Shown here: positions 21,388 to 30,615 of the stretch, piece after piece
Layout: each line of letters begins with the position of its first letter
Position numbering within the stretch: position 1 is the first letter of the stretch
Assembly: GCA_965223005.1 (NCBI GenBank)
Contig: CBDCVK010000006.1
Location: 105,838-169,837 of the forward strand
Origin: Terriglobia bacterium
GTDB taxonomy: Bacteria > Acidobacteriota > Terriglobia > JAJPHL01 > JAPKYU01
Length of the DNA: 64,000 bases
Direction: 5' to 3'
Translations under genes and position numbers: made by a program
The notes under the pieces: generated by a model
Told to the model about the DNA's origin: nothing
Seen by the model: the letters and a program-made list of their open reading frames with translations, nothing else
Database searches by the model: none

Positions 21388-21780
21388 GTGAGCACAGTCA
21401 CAGCAGCTCTGATTATGCGCGGCGAAGAGTTCCTGATCTGTCGGCGTCGCGCCGACCAATTCCTGCCGCTGAAGTGGGAGTTTGCCGGCGGGAAGACTGA
21501 GGACGGCGAGGAGCCGGCCGCCGGGCTGCGCCGCGAGCTGCGCGAAGAGCTGGCCTTGGACGCCGACATCGGTCCTGAGATCTGCCGCTTTTCCTATGAG
21601 TATCCCGGTCGCAGCCCCATCCTGCTGGTCTTCTTCCAGGTGAGGGAATTTCGCGGTGAGCCGCAAAACCGCCAGTTTGCGGAAATCCGCTGGGTGCCCC
21701 GAAACGAGCTTCCTGAATTTGACTTTCTCCCCGCCGACCGCGAACTCGTGGAGCAGATCGCCCGCGGTGGCTTGATGTAA
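21388..21780 (+). CDS. NUDIX hydrolase, MutT/NudG-like
   Basis: WEFAGGKTEDGEEPAAGLRRELREEL Nudix box. Confidence 0.9.
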   Translation: MSTVTAALIMRGEEFLICRRRADQFLPLKWEFAGGKTEDGEEPAAGLRRELREELALDADIGPEICRFSYEYPGRSPILLVFFQVREFRGEPQNRQFAEIRWVPRNELPEFDFLPADRELVEQIARGGLM

Positions 21781-21815
21781 CGACAGGCCTCCGGGTCACC
21801 TTCGAAGAATAAAAA

Positions 21816-21842
21816 GGAACCCTGAGCCTGCTCCGGTGTCTA
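21816..21842 (+). promoter_or_regulatory. Putative ECF (sigmaE-type) promoter for tonB
   Basis: GGAAC-N17-GTCTA preceded by an A tract. Confidence 0.5.
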
Positions 21843-21904
21843 TCAACTCGAAGGGCAAAACACTGTTTCGCTGTTTCGTAGCCACGAAACAGCCCGGAGA
21901 AATT

Positions 21905-22642
21905 ATGTTTGAGCTCACTTTGCTAGAGGCTTCGGTGGAAGGCAAGCAACGCGGGGCATGGGCGTGGGGACTGTCTGTCCTCCTGCAGGTTGTGCTGGTA
22001 AGCGCGTTGACTCTGGGGCCCCTGCTGTACCCCGAGGTGCTACCCAGGCGGCTGCTTGTATCGCTCCTGGCAGCGCCTGCTGGTCCTCCCCCGGCGCCCG
22101 CCAAGCCTCCGAGTGACGCAGCACCCAAGAAACGCGTGCAATTTGAGTTTGAGCAAGGAGAGTTGCTTGCCCCCGTTCGCATTCCCGAAACGGTCACAAT
22201 CATTACGGATGAAGCACCGCATTCGCCCCCTGTCCTGGTAACTTCGGCTGTTGGCGTTGATGGCGGGATAGGCAGTGGAATCGGTTCCATCTTGGGAATC
22301 TCACCGCCAACCTCCCCACCGCCATCCCCTTCTGTCAGACCCAGGGGAGTTCCACCAATCCAAGTGGGGGGAATCGTGCAGCAGGCGAAGCTCCTCAGCC
22401 AGCAGAAACCGCGCTATCTGCCATTGGCAAGGCAGGCTCGTATCTCGGAAATCGTCCGACTGGCAGCAACTATCAGCAAATCCGGCACGATTGAGCAGTT
22501 GCGGGTAATTTCCGGTCATCCGCTGTTGGTGAAGGCTGCACTGGAGGCAGTGAAGAGGTGGCGCTACAGGCCGACCATTCTGAACGGCCAACCTGTGAGG
22601 GTGGAAACAACTGTTGATGTGATTTTTACGCTTTCTCGATAA
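21905..22642 (+). CDS. Energy transducer TonB family protein
   Basis: N-terminal TM, Pro-rich linker, TonB_C motif SGHPLLVKAALEAVKRWRYRP..NGQPV. Confidence 0.85.
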   Translation: MFELTLLEASVEGKQRGAWAWGLSVLLQVVLVSALTLGPLLYPEVLPRRLLVSLLAAPAGPPPAPAKPPSDAAPKKRVQFEFEQGELLAPVRIPETVTIITDEAPHSPPVLVTSAVGVDGGIGSGIGSILGISPPTSPPPSPSVRPRGVPPIQVGGIVQQAKLLSQQKPRYLPLARQARISEIVRLAATISKSGTIEQLRVISGHPLLVKAALEAVKRWRYRPTILNGQPVRVETTVDVIFTLSR

Positions 22643-22851
22643 GGGTAGCCGTCCAGCAGCGGGTAGTTCATCTCCCAGCAACCAGTTTCCAGCCTAACGT
22701 TCTGTGCCAAGGCAAGAGAACGTTACGGTGTCGCCAGGTCCTCTTCCCGATAACTTCCAGCCTGGATCGAGGCATGACAAATCTTCGACCTGCCCATCTT
22801 CACCAAATGGTAGAATCCTAACCGGGGACTCCAACAGCCTGGAAGCATGAC

Positions 22852-23697
22852 ATGCGAATTGACCCGCAGAAATGTGTGGCTTGCGGCAACTGCATAGCCG
22901 TGTGTCCGATGGGGGCGATTTACGTTGACCCACAGGTTGGCCGCGCCACCATTAACCGCGACGAATGCGTCGAATGCCACGCCTGCTTCCGCGGGATGAG
23001 CCAGGAGCACCTCAACCCGGTCTTCGTGCGCACCATCCGCAGGGTGCTGGCCGTATTTCGCCTTCGCTTCGAACCGGAGCCGGACGTTTGTCCCACTGCC
23101 GCATTTGTCCCTGAGGAGCTCGCCTGGCCGCGCATCGTGCGCCGCGCCTTCAGCGACCCGCAGGTGCCCCACGAGAGCACCGGCGTGCACGGGCGCGGCA
23201 CTGAGGAAGTGAAGACCAACGATATCACCGGGCGTGTTCAAATGGGTGAGGCAGGGTTCACGGTGGAGTTCGGCCGACCCGGGGTCGGGGTGCGCTTCCG
23301 TCAGATCCAGCAGATGACAGAGGCGCTGGCCGCCCTGGGTGTCCAGTTCGAGCAGCGCAATCCGGTAACGTCGCTGATGAGCGACCCGGGCAAGGGGCTA
23401 ATTCGCAGTGACATCCTGGAAGAAAAAATCCTTTCGGCCATCGTCGAAATGAAATGCGCAATCGGGCAGGTGCCCCAGGTGCTGGACACGATTGCCAAAG
23501 TGGCGCGGCAGCTGGAGACCATCGTGGCAGTGGGCGTCGCCACTCGCTGCGACGCGGAAGGCGAAGACCGGCATCTGGCGCCGCTACTGGCCGAGAAAGG
23601 GTATGTCTTCCACCGCGGCAAGACCAACCTCGGGTTGGGGCGCGCCGCCGAACCAGTCGCGGCCTCCGAGGCCCCAGCGGCCGAGGCAAGAATGTGA
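22852..23697 (+). CDS. 4Fe-4S dicluster protein with an uncharacterised C-terminal domain
   Basis: CVACGNCIAVCP and CVECHAC...(insert)...VCP, C-terminal GRGTEEVKTND and GRPGVG motifs. Confidence 0.82.
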   Translation: MRIDPQKCVACGNCIAVCPMGAIYVDPQVGRATINRDECVECHACFRGMSQEHLNPVFVRTIRRVLAVFRLRFEPEPDVCPTAAFVPEELAWPRIVRRAFSDPQVPHESTGVHGRGTEEVKTNDITGRVQMGEAGFTVEFGRPGVGVRFRQIQQMTEALAALGVQFEQRNPVTSLMSDPGKGLIRSDILEEKILSAIVEMKCAIGQVPQVLDTIAKVARQLETIVAVGVATRCDAEGEDRHLAPLLAEKGYVFHRGKTNLGLGRAAEPVAASEAPAAEARM

Positions 23698-24088
23698 GCG
23701 GCACCTAGTTCTAAAGCACACGTCCCTTCAGGAAAAAGGAGGGAGCTTATGGCTCGAATAGCTCGCGAAGTCGTCGCGAAAACGGGTGTGAACGTCAACA
23801 AGCTGCTGAACATGTTGGTCCGCAACGCCTCGGCGGAACTGACCACCTACTACTATTACACGATCCTGCGTACGAACTTGATCGGCCTGGATGGGGAAGG
23901 GCTAAAGGAAATCGTCGAGGACGCCCGCATCGAAGACCGGAATCACTTCGAAGCGCTAGTCCCTCGCGTCTACGAATCGGGTGGCAAGCTGCCGAGGAAC
24001 ATGAACGATTTCCACGACATCTCGGCCTGCCCGCCCGCCTACCTGCCCAATAAGCCGACGGACATTAAAGCCATGCTCGACGTATTAG

Positions 24089-25714
24089 CAATTTCCGTTT
24101 TAAAACTCCAAAGCTAACCTTATACTGACCTCCGACGCCAATATTTATGCCGGTTCCAGCGTCAATACAGCTTCCGGAGGTAGAAACCGAGTGGGTGAGA
24201 GGCAAAATCAGCCCTTTCAGTTCTCTTTCAATGCTGCATTGAAGGTCGATTTCCAGAGGTCGCGGGTTACTTCCGACGGCGGCCTGATCTTCGTGCGCGA
24301 ATTAGACGAACATTTGGGATTCGGGGAACTCATCAAACAGCACTTGGCGATCCTCGAGGAAAGAACACACGGTTGCCCTTTGCTGACCTCCTGCGCCAGT
24401 CCGTGTACAGCCGGTTGGCGGGTTACGAAGATATGAATGACGCGGAACGGCTCTCTCAAGATCCGACGTTCCGGCTGATCGGTTCAGAAAAGAGGAGCGA
24501 GGAGCCGCGTTGACTTCCCGGCTGCAATCGTTCGAGACAGAACTACTGACGCAAGATGAGAACCTGGCTGGTTTGGCAGCGATCAACCGGGATTTAATCG
24601 CCAGGGCGGAAGCTATGGATTCCCCGCAACGGGTGGTGCTGGACATGGACTCGACCGAGATTCCGGTCTACGGCCAGCAGGAGCAGAGTGCCTACAACGG
24701 GCATTTCGAGTCGAGCTGCTATCACCCGTTGTTGCTGTTCAATCGCGAGGGTGACTGTCTGGCGGCCAAGCTGCGACCGGGCAACGTGCACAGCGCCGAG
24801 GACTGGGAAGAACTTCTCCTGCCGGAGATCGAGCGGCAGCAGAAGCTGGGCAAGGAAGTGGTGTTTCGTGCCGACGCGGCCTTTGCCAAGCCGGAGATTT
24901 ACGAGGCACTGGAGGAGCGGGAGGTAAAGTACGCCATCCGCATCCCGGCTAACGACAGCCTACAGCGGGACATTGAGGAGTTGCTGACTCGGCCGGTGGG
25001 GAGACCCAGAAGGCCCAAGGGCTTTCTATACCAAGCGGCCAGTTGGAAGACAGCACGCAGGGTGGTGGCCAAGGTGGAGCATCATCCAGGGGAGCTGGCT
25101 AGGATTCATCGTGACGAACTTGACTCTGCCAAGTCGGGCGGTGGTGCGTTTTTACAACAAGCGGGGCACTGCCGAACAGTGGATCAAGGAAGGCAAGCAG
25201 GCGGTGAAGATGACGCGGCTGAGCTGCCACCGGTTCCGGTCTAACCAGGTGCGGCTTTGGCTCAGTGTGATCGCCTATAATCTGGGAAACCTGTGGCGAC
25301 GTTTGGCACTGCCGCAGAGGATCAAGAGTTGGTCGCTAACCAGTTTGCAGCAGCGCTTGGTCAAGACCGGCGACGGCTGGTGAAACATGCGCGCTATTAC
25401 TGGCTGCTATTGGCCGAGGGGCACCTCACACGGCAGCGTTTTGGCAGCATGCTGAGGATGATCGCGGCGCTGCCGCTGCCAGATGGCTAGCGAACCGGGA
25501 GAGAGGGTAATTTCAGGTGCTCAGAAGTGGTCGGGCCGGATAAGTGTCAGCGGCGAGGCAGGCTGGGCAGGCGAAACCCGCACAGCGACTCCGAAGAACA
25601 GCCAAAATGTGCCGCACTACCACCTCAAAGAGGCCAGAGCTGTTTGCGGTTGACACGACAGGGTACGAGGCATAGGTTTTCGGGTGAAGGGGAAGCTCAA
25701 AATGGAAATTCCGG
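24089..25714 (+). mobile_element. IS1380-family insertion sequence (1626 bp)
   Basis: ATTAG direct repeats at 24084-24088 and 25715-25719, imperfect IRs (AATTTCCGTTTT / AAAATGGAAATT), DDE_Tnp_1_4-type transposase inside. Confidence 0.9.
24191..25490 (+). pseudogene. IS1380 transposase, multiply frameshifted
   Basis: VTSDGGL, LDMDST, AYNGH, LRPGNVHSA, FRADAAF and FYNKRGTAEQWIKEGK spread over at least four reading-frame segments. Confidence 0.88.
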
Positions 25715-26000
25715 ATTAGTGAAGGCCGAGCGCTGCGCGGTGGCTGGCTATACACAAGTCTGCAACCTAACCGCCGGCAAAGACCATCGCACCTATGACC
25801 TTTCGCTCGCCATCCTTCACGAAGAGATTGAGCACGAGGCCTGGTTCGCGGAGTATTTGGGCGAGGGGCCGGCGGGTCACTTCCGCAGGCAGGGAACAGG
25901 GTTCGAACGCAACTCTCCCTACGTGGGAAAGTTCCTCCACCAGTGAGCGGGTACCACCGTGGAGGGCGCCAGGCTGACATAGGAGGGCTGGAGTAAACGT

Positions 26001-26678
26001 GTGACGAACACGCTGCACCGCTACGGCGAAGCAGAAACGTTTCGGGACGACTACATCGTCTTCGCCATCCCCAGCCGCGGCCGCAATGATCAGGGCTCTG
26101 CCGAGAAGCTCCGCACTTTTCTTCGCATGGCAGTCAAATACGGCCCGGTGAACATGGGCAACGCTCGGTACGGCTCCCTGTTCGAACCTGCCACCGACTT
26201 AAAACCCACCGTGCACTGGCGCCGCAAGACCGCGAAAGATTTCGACAAGGTGATTTATCAGGTGGATGGACCCACGACGGTGGCCGTCGTCTTCGATAAT
26301 CTAGAGGCAGCAGAAAAGTTCGTGGGCGAGGTGAAGCAGGCCGACCTGGGCATTTCAGTGAACGTCAGCACCTCGGTGGAGGGCGCGCAGGTCTGCTGCT
26401 GCGCCGGCGGCTTGACTCGTCACAGCGTGGAATACTCGCTCGGCTTCCAAGGACAGCTCGACCGGCTCCCCAACCGGCACGTGTTGGAGCTCTCGACCAT
26501 GTGCGGCCACGGCATGGTTTCGTTCAACCTGGCAAAAAAGATGATTGACTGGGTGCGGGAAGGCCGGCGGACGTCGGTACAGGCGTGCGAGTACATGGCG
26601 CGTTTCTGCTCGTGCGGCATCTTCAACCCAAGCCGAGCGCGACGCATCCTGGAAGACGCACGGTCGAAAATCAGCTGA
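26001..26678 (+). CDS. Cys/His-motif hypothetical protein (likely metalloprotein)
   Basis: MTNTLHRYG, STMCGHGMV, FCSCGIFNP, with RBS upstream. Confidence 0.75.
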   Translation: MTNTLHRYGEAETFRDDYIVFAIPSRGRNDQGSAEKLRTFLRMAVKYGPVNMGNARYGSLFEPATDLKPTVHWRRKTAKDFDKVIYQVDGPTTVAVVFDNLEAAEKFVGEVKQADLGISVNVSTSVEGAQVCCCAGGLTRHSVEYSLGFQGQLDRLPNRHVLELSTMCGHGMVSFNLAKKMIDWVREGRRTSVQACEYMARFCSCGIFNPSRARRILEDARSKIS

Positions 26679-26819
26679 TTTGGCGGGGACGGAGTAATGG
26701 AAAAGTTCCAAGCGGGTCTTGGGGGTAGCATAGTAGCAGGTGGGAGGAAGGCCTCCCTTCTTGCATGGTTGACTGGGGAAAGCCAACCGTGCCATATTTT
26801 GGAATTCTAAAGGGAACTT

Positions 26820-27440
26820 ATGGTCCGCATTCTTCCAAAGGAAGAGAAGTTCTTTGACCTGTTCGGGAAGCAGGCGGGTGTGCTCCACGAGGCCGCCCAG
26901 GTGCTGCTGAAGATGATGGAAGGGGCCGACCACGACCTTCGCGATCTGGCCGATGAGATCAAAAAGCTGGAGCACCGTGGGGACACGATGACCCACGACA
27001 TCATCCGCCGGCTCAACCAGACCTTTATCACCCCGTTTGACCGCGAGGATATCCACGCCTTGTCGTCCCGCTTGGACGACGTGCTAGACCTGATTGACGC
27101 CGTTTCCACTCGCATGGTATTATTCAAGATTAACGACGTCCGCCCGGCCGGCATTGAACTGGCTCGCATTGTGAAGCGCGCCACGGGGGAATTGCTGGAG
27201 GCCGTGCCTCACATCTTGGATAAGGGCGAAAAAATCCTCGATCATTGCCAGGAGGTCAGCCGGCTGGAGCACGAGGCTGATACGGTTTCCCGCGCTGCCA
27301 TTGCCCAACTGTTTGAGGACGAGCGTGACCCCATCACGCTGATCAAGTGGAAGGAAATCTACGAAGTGCTGGAAGCAGCCGTAGATAAGGCCGAGGATGT
27401 GTCTGACGTTTTGGAAACGATTGTCCTGAAGAGCAGTTGA
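26820..27440 (+). CDS. DUF47 phosphate transport regulator (PhoU-like)
   Basis: LEHRGD, FITPFDREDI, LEHEAD, DKAEDV, adjacent to a PiT gene. Confidence 0.92.
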   Translation: MVRILPKEEKFFDLFGKQAGVLHEAAQVLLKMMEGADHDLRDLADEIKKLEHRGDTMTHDIIRRLNQTFITPFDREDIHALSSRLDDVLDLIDAVSTRMVLFKINDVRPAGIELARIVKRATGELLEAVPHILDKGEKILDHCQEVSRLEHEADTVSRAAIAQLFEDERDPITLIKWKEIYEVLEAAVDKAEDVSDVLETIVLKSS

Positions 27441-27591
27441 ACCTGCGATTGTCGCCACGATGAGCCAGCGGCAGGTGCGGGCCGGCACAACCACCCGGTT
27501 CAGGTTGCGGTTTAGTTTTCTCAGGGGCTGCCAAGCCTCTGCCCGTCTGTTGTCTCCTACTGTCCTTTCCCAGATTGCCCATGGATGACCT

Positions 27592-28581
27592 ATGGATGAG
27601 TGGATCCGCCTTTCGCCCTGGCTGCTGCTGATCCTGGCGGCTGAGTTTGTCAACGGCTGGACCGACTCACCCAATGCCATCGCCACGGTGGTGACCACCC
27701 GCGTCCTGTCCCCCCTACGGGCAGTCATCATGGCCGCTGTCATGAACCTGTTGGGAGCCATGTGGGGAACCGCCGTGGCCTTCACCATCGGGAAGGGCAT
27801 CGTGGATGCGGGCGTCATCAACATCCACACCGTAGGCGCGGCGATGATCGGCATTGTGGTGTGGAGCACGGTGGCGTGGAAATATGGCCTGCCGACCAGC
27901 GAAACGCACGCGTTGGTGTCCGGACTGGCTGGCGCCGCGCTGGCTACTGCCGGCTGGGAGGCTCTCCTGAGTGAGGGCTGGATCAAGGTCGGCCAGGGGA
28001 TTGTTTTTTCCACCTTCCTGGGATTCGGCGGCGGGTTCTCGATCATGCTGGCGATCGCCTGGCTGTTTCGGAGGGCACGCCCCGACAAGATCACCCGCTA
28101 TTTTGGACGCCTGCAGATGTTTTCGGCCGCGCTGATGGCGTTCGGCCACGGCAGCAACGACGGCCAGAAGTTTATCGGAACGTTTTCGTTGGCGCTGGTC
28201 CTGGGCGGCATCTTGCCGGAATTCGAAGTGAAGTTCTGGGTGATTCTGCTGTGCGCATCCACAATGGGGGTGGGCACCGCGGTAGGCGGCTGGCGCATTA
28301 TCCACACCATGGGGAGCCGCATGACCCGCTTGAAGCCGGTGCAGGGCTTTGCCGCTGAAACAGGGGCCGGCCTATGCATCATGCTGGCAACTGTCCTGGC
28401 CATCCCACTCAGCACCACTCACACCATCAACACCTCGATTATGGGGGTCGGCTCCCTCCACCGCTGGACGGCGGTGCGGTGGAGGGTGGCCCGCGAAGTC
28501 GTTACGGCGTGGATTCTGACTTTTCCTGCGGCCGCGGGGATCGCCTATGGGGCTGCCCGCGTGATCCAATGGCTCACGTAG
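27592..28581 (+). CDS. PiT family inorganic phosphate transporter
   Basis: NGWTDSPNAIAT, GLPTSETHA, HGSNDGQK, PLSTTH. Confidence 0.93.
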   Translation: MDEWIRLSPWLLLILAAEFVNGWTDSPNAIATVVTTRVLSPLRAVIMAAVMNLLGAMWGTAVAFTIGKGIVDAGVINIHTVGAAMIGIVVWSTVAWKYGLPTSETHALVSGLAGAALATAGWEALLSEGWIKVGQGIVFSTFLGFGGGFSIMLAIAWLFRRARPDKITRYFGRLQMFSAALMAFGHGSNDGQKFIGTFSLALVLGGILPEFEVKFWVILLCASTMGVGTAVGGWRIIHTMGSRMTRLKPVQGFAAETGAGLCIMLATVLAIPLSTTHTINTSIMGVGSLHRWTAVRWRVAREVVTAWILTFPAAAGIAYGAARVIQWLT

Positions 28582-28618
28582 GCGAGAGCTGAGGGAAGCA
28601 CACGCGTTTCGTACCTGA

Positions 28619-29377
28619 TTAGAACGCAGTACCCAGTAACTTGACGGTGGCCACCAGCAGCACGACTCCCAAAATGCGCCGCAGCCAGATACCCCGGAAG
28701 CGGCGGGCACCCAGCCAGGAGCCCAGCAAACCACCCGCAAAGGCGGCCCCCACGAGCCAGACCAGAGCCGACCAGTCCACCGATTTGCGCGACAGGTGGC
28801 CGTAAAGCGCGGCGGCGGAGTTGATCCAGATGAAGGCGGCCGAGGCGGCGGCGGTGCGCTTGGCGTCGGCCCACTTCAGCAGAATCAGCAGCGGGCTCAA
28901 GAAGATCCCGCCGCCCACGCCAATAACGCCGGACAGAAAACCAATGCTTGCCCCCATGGGGAGCGCCACCCGCAGCCCGGGAGGCTTGACGAAAGACTCC
29001 TCGTGTTTAGGTGGGAGGACCAGCAGCAAGCGGAGTGCCGCAAACACCAGGACGGCGGCCAGCACGCCCATGTAGAGATGGACTGGGACCTCCGTCAGTC
29101 CTCCAAGGAACGCCGCGGGGATTGAAGCCAGCAGGAACGGCCAAAGCAGCCGGAAAACGAAATGGCCAGCCCTCTGGTAGTGAAGGAACGACAGGCCAGC
29201 CACCAGCAGGTTGAGACAGAGCGCGCTGGGGGCCATCACCGTGGGTGCCAGGCCAAAGAAGCTGAGCATCGCCAGGTAGCCGGACGCGCCGCCGTGACCC
29301 ACGGAAGAGTAGGCCACTGCCACCAGGAACACCAGCACCAGCAGCAGAGTGATCAGTTCCGGAGAAGCGGGAAACAT
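28619..29377 (-). CDS. TauE/SafE (TSUP) family sulfite exporter
   Basis: YSSVGHGGASGY and SGVIGVGGGIFLSP motifs. Confidence 0.9.
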   Translation of the reverse strand: MFPASPELITLLLVLVFLVAVAYSSVGHGGASGYLAMLSFFGLAPTVMAPSALCLNLLVAGLSFLHYQRAGHFVFRLLWPFLLASIPAAFLGGLTEVPVHLYMGVLAAVLVFAALRLLLVLPPKHEESFVKPPGLRVALPMGASIGFLSGVIGVGGGIFLSPLLILLKWADAKRTAAASAAFIWINSAAALYGHLSRKSVDWSALVWLVGAAFAGGLLGSWLGARRFRGIWLRRILGVVLLVATVKLLGTAF

Positions 29378-29465
29378 GCGGCCCCACCATACCACTCCCT
29401 GAGGACCTGAACGAAGCGGCAAGCGCAACAGTGATCTGCTGCGGGAAGCATCTTGCCTGTGCGGC

Positions 29466-30428
29466 TTAGACTTCGCTCTGGAAATATAGAGCCATGTTGC
29501 GGAATTTTTGCCGCCGGCGTTCCAACAGGTCTCGCGGCGGAATGCGTTCCAGTTCGGTCAGGCAGCGTTCCAGGACGGGTTCCAGGAGGGCGGCGGCCGC
29601 CCGGTGGTCAGTGTGGGCGCCGTGCGGCGGTTCCGGAACGATTTCGTCTATCAGCTTCAGGCCGAGCAGGTCCTGTGCCGTCAGCTTCAATGCTTGGGAA
29701 GCCAGGTCGGCTTTTCCGGAATCGCGCCAGATAATGGCGGCGCAACTCTCGGGGGAAATCACACTGTAGATGGCGTTCTCCAAGATCAGGATGTGGTCGC
29801 CCACTCCAATGCCCAGCGCCCCGCCGCTACCCCCCTCCCCAATGCAAGTCACCACGATAGGCACCGGCAGGCGAGCCATCTCCCGCAGGTTGCGGGCGAT
29901 GGCTTCGGCCTGTCCGCGCGCCTCGGCGTCCGTGCCCGGGTAGGCGCCGGGGGTGTCGAGAAAGGTGAGGATAGGGCACCCGAACTTGGCGGCAAACTGC
30001 ATCACCCGCAGGGCTTTGCGATAGCCCTCCGGCTTGCTCATTCCGAAGTTGCGGCGCAACTTGTCCTTGGTGGTTCGCCCTTTCTGGTGGCCCAGGGCGA
30101 CTACGGGCCGACCGTGGAAGCGGGCCATGCCGCAGACGATGGCCGGGTCGTCGGCGAAAGTGCGATCGCCATGGACTTCGCTGAATTCTTGGAACACCAA
30201 TCCTACCAAGTCCAGGAAATATGGGCGTTGTGGGTGTCGGGCCATCTGAACGCTCCGCCAGGCTGCCGGTGGCCCGCTGTCCTGTTGTGCCCGCATCTGT
30301 TCCACCATGGCATGAAGATGCCGCAGCCGCTCCTGCGTGGCCGGTTCCTGGCTGAGTTGCTCCAGTTCCCGAATTTCTTTCTCGACGGCCTCCAGATCTC
30401 TACCAGGCTGCTCCGGCTCAGACGACAT
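29466..30428 (-). CDS. accA: Acetyl-CoA carboxylase carboxyltransferase alpha subunit
   Basis: [33 protein letters not shown]. Confidence 0.97.
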   Translation of the reverse strand: MSSEPEQPGRDLEAVEKEIRELEQLSQEPATQERLRHLHAMVEQMRAQQDSGPPAAWRSVQMARHPQRPYFLDLVGLVFQEFSEVHGDRTFADDPAIVCGMARFHGRPVVALGHQKGRTTKDKLRRNFGMSKPEGYRKALRVMQFAAKFGCPILTFLDTPGAYPGTDAEARGQAEAIARNLREMARLPVPIVVTCIGEGGSGGALGIGVGDHILILENAIYSVISPESCAAIIWRDSGKADLASQALKLTAQDLLGLKLIDEIVPEPPHGAHTDHRAAAALLEPVLERCLTELERIPPRDLLERRRQKFRNMALYFQSEV

Positions 30429-30489
30429 TTCTTTTGTGGAAAACCTTTCCGCAGATTCCTGTCACGATGCCGAGAACCCCTTTCCAGAG

Positions 30490-30590
30490 TGTCATTCCGA
30501 GGGCCGGCGCCGCCGGTTGGCCCGAGCAATCTGCTTCTCCGGCGAGGCGTGAAGTTGCAAAGCAGATTCCTCGCTTCGCTCGAAATGACA
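30490..30590. repeat. REP-like composite palindrome (TGTCATT...AATGACA)
   Basis: Terminal IR TGTCATT / AATGACA and inner AATCTGCTT / AAGCAGATT. Right arm matches 10253-10281. Confidence 0.75.
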
Positions 30591-30615
30591 ATTGGGCCGT
30601 TTGTTACGCAGGCTG

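Larger units (their letters stand above)
23749..25946 (+). pseudogene. DPS-like (DpsL/thioferritin) ferritin gene interrupted by IS1380
   Basis: Halves 23749-24088 and 25720-25946 rejoin in frame (…DVL|VKAERC…) to give 188 aa with AELTTYYYY, EDRNH, SACP, AERCA and EEIEHE motifs. Confidence 0.9.

Noticed and set aside
23749-24117. Complete 122-aa ferritin-like protein, and a separate 139-aa ORF at 25527-25946
   Set aside because: Both are halves of one gene fused to IS-derived sequence.
26751-26793. Riboswitch upstream of DUF47-PiT
   Set aside because: Short hairpins are present but I cannot match them to any known aptamer consensus.
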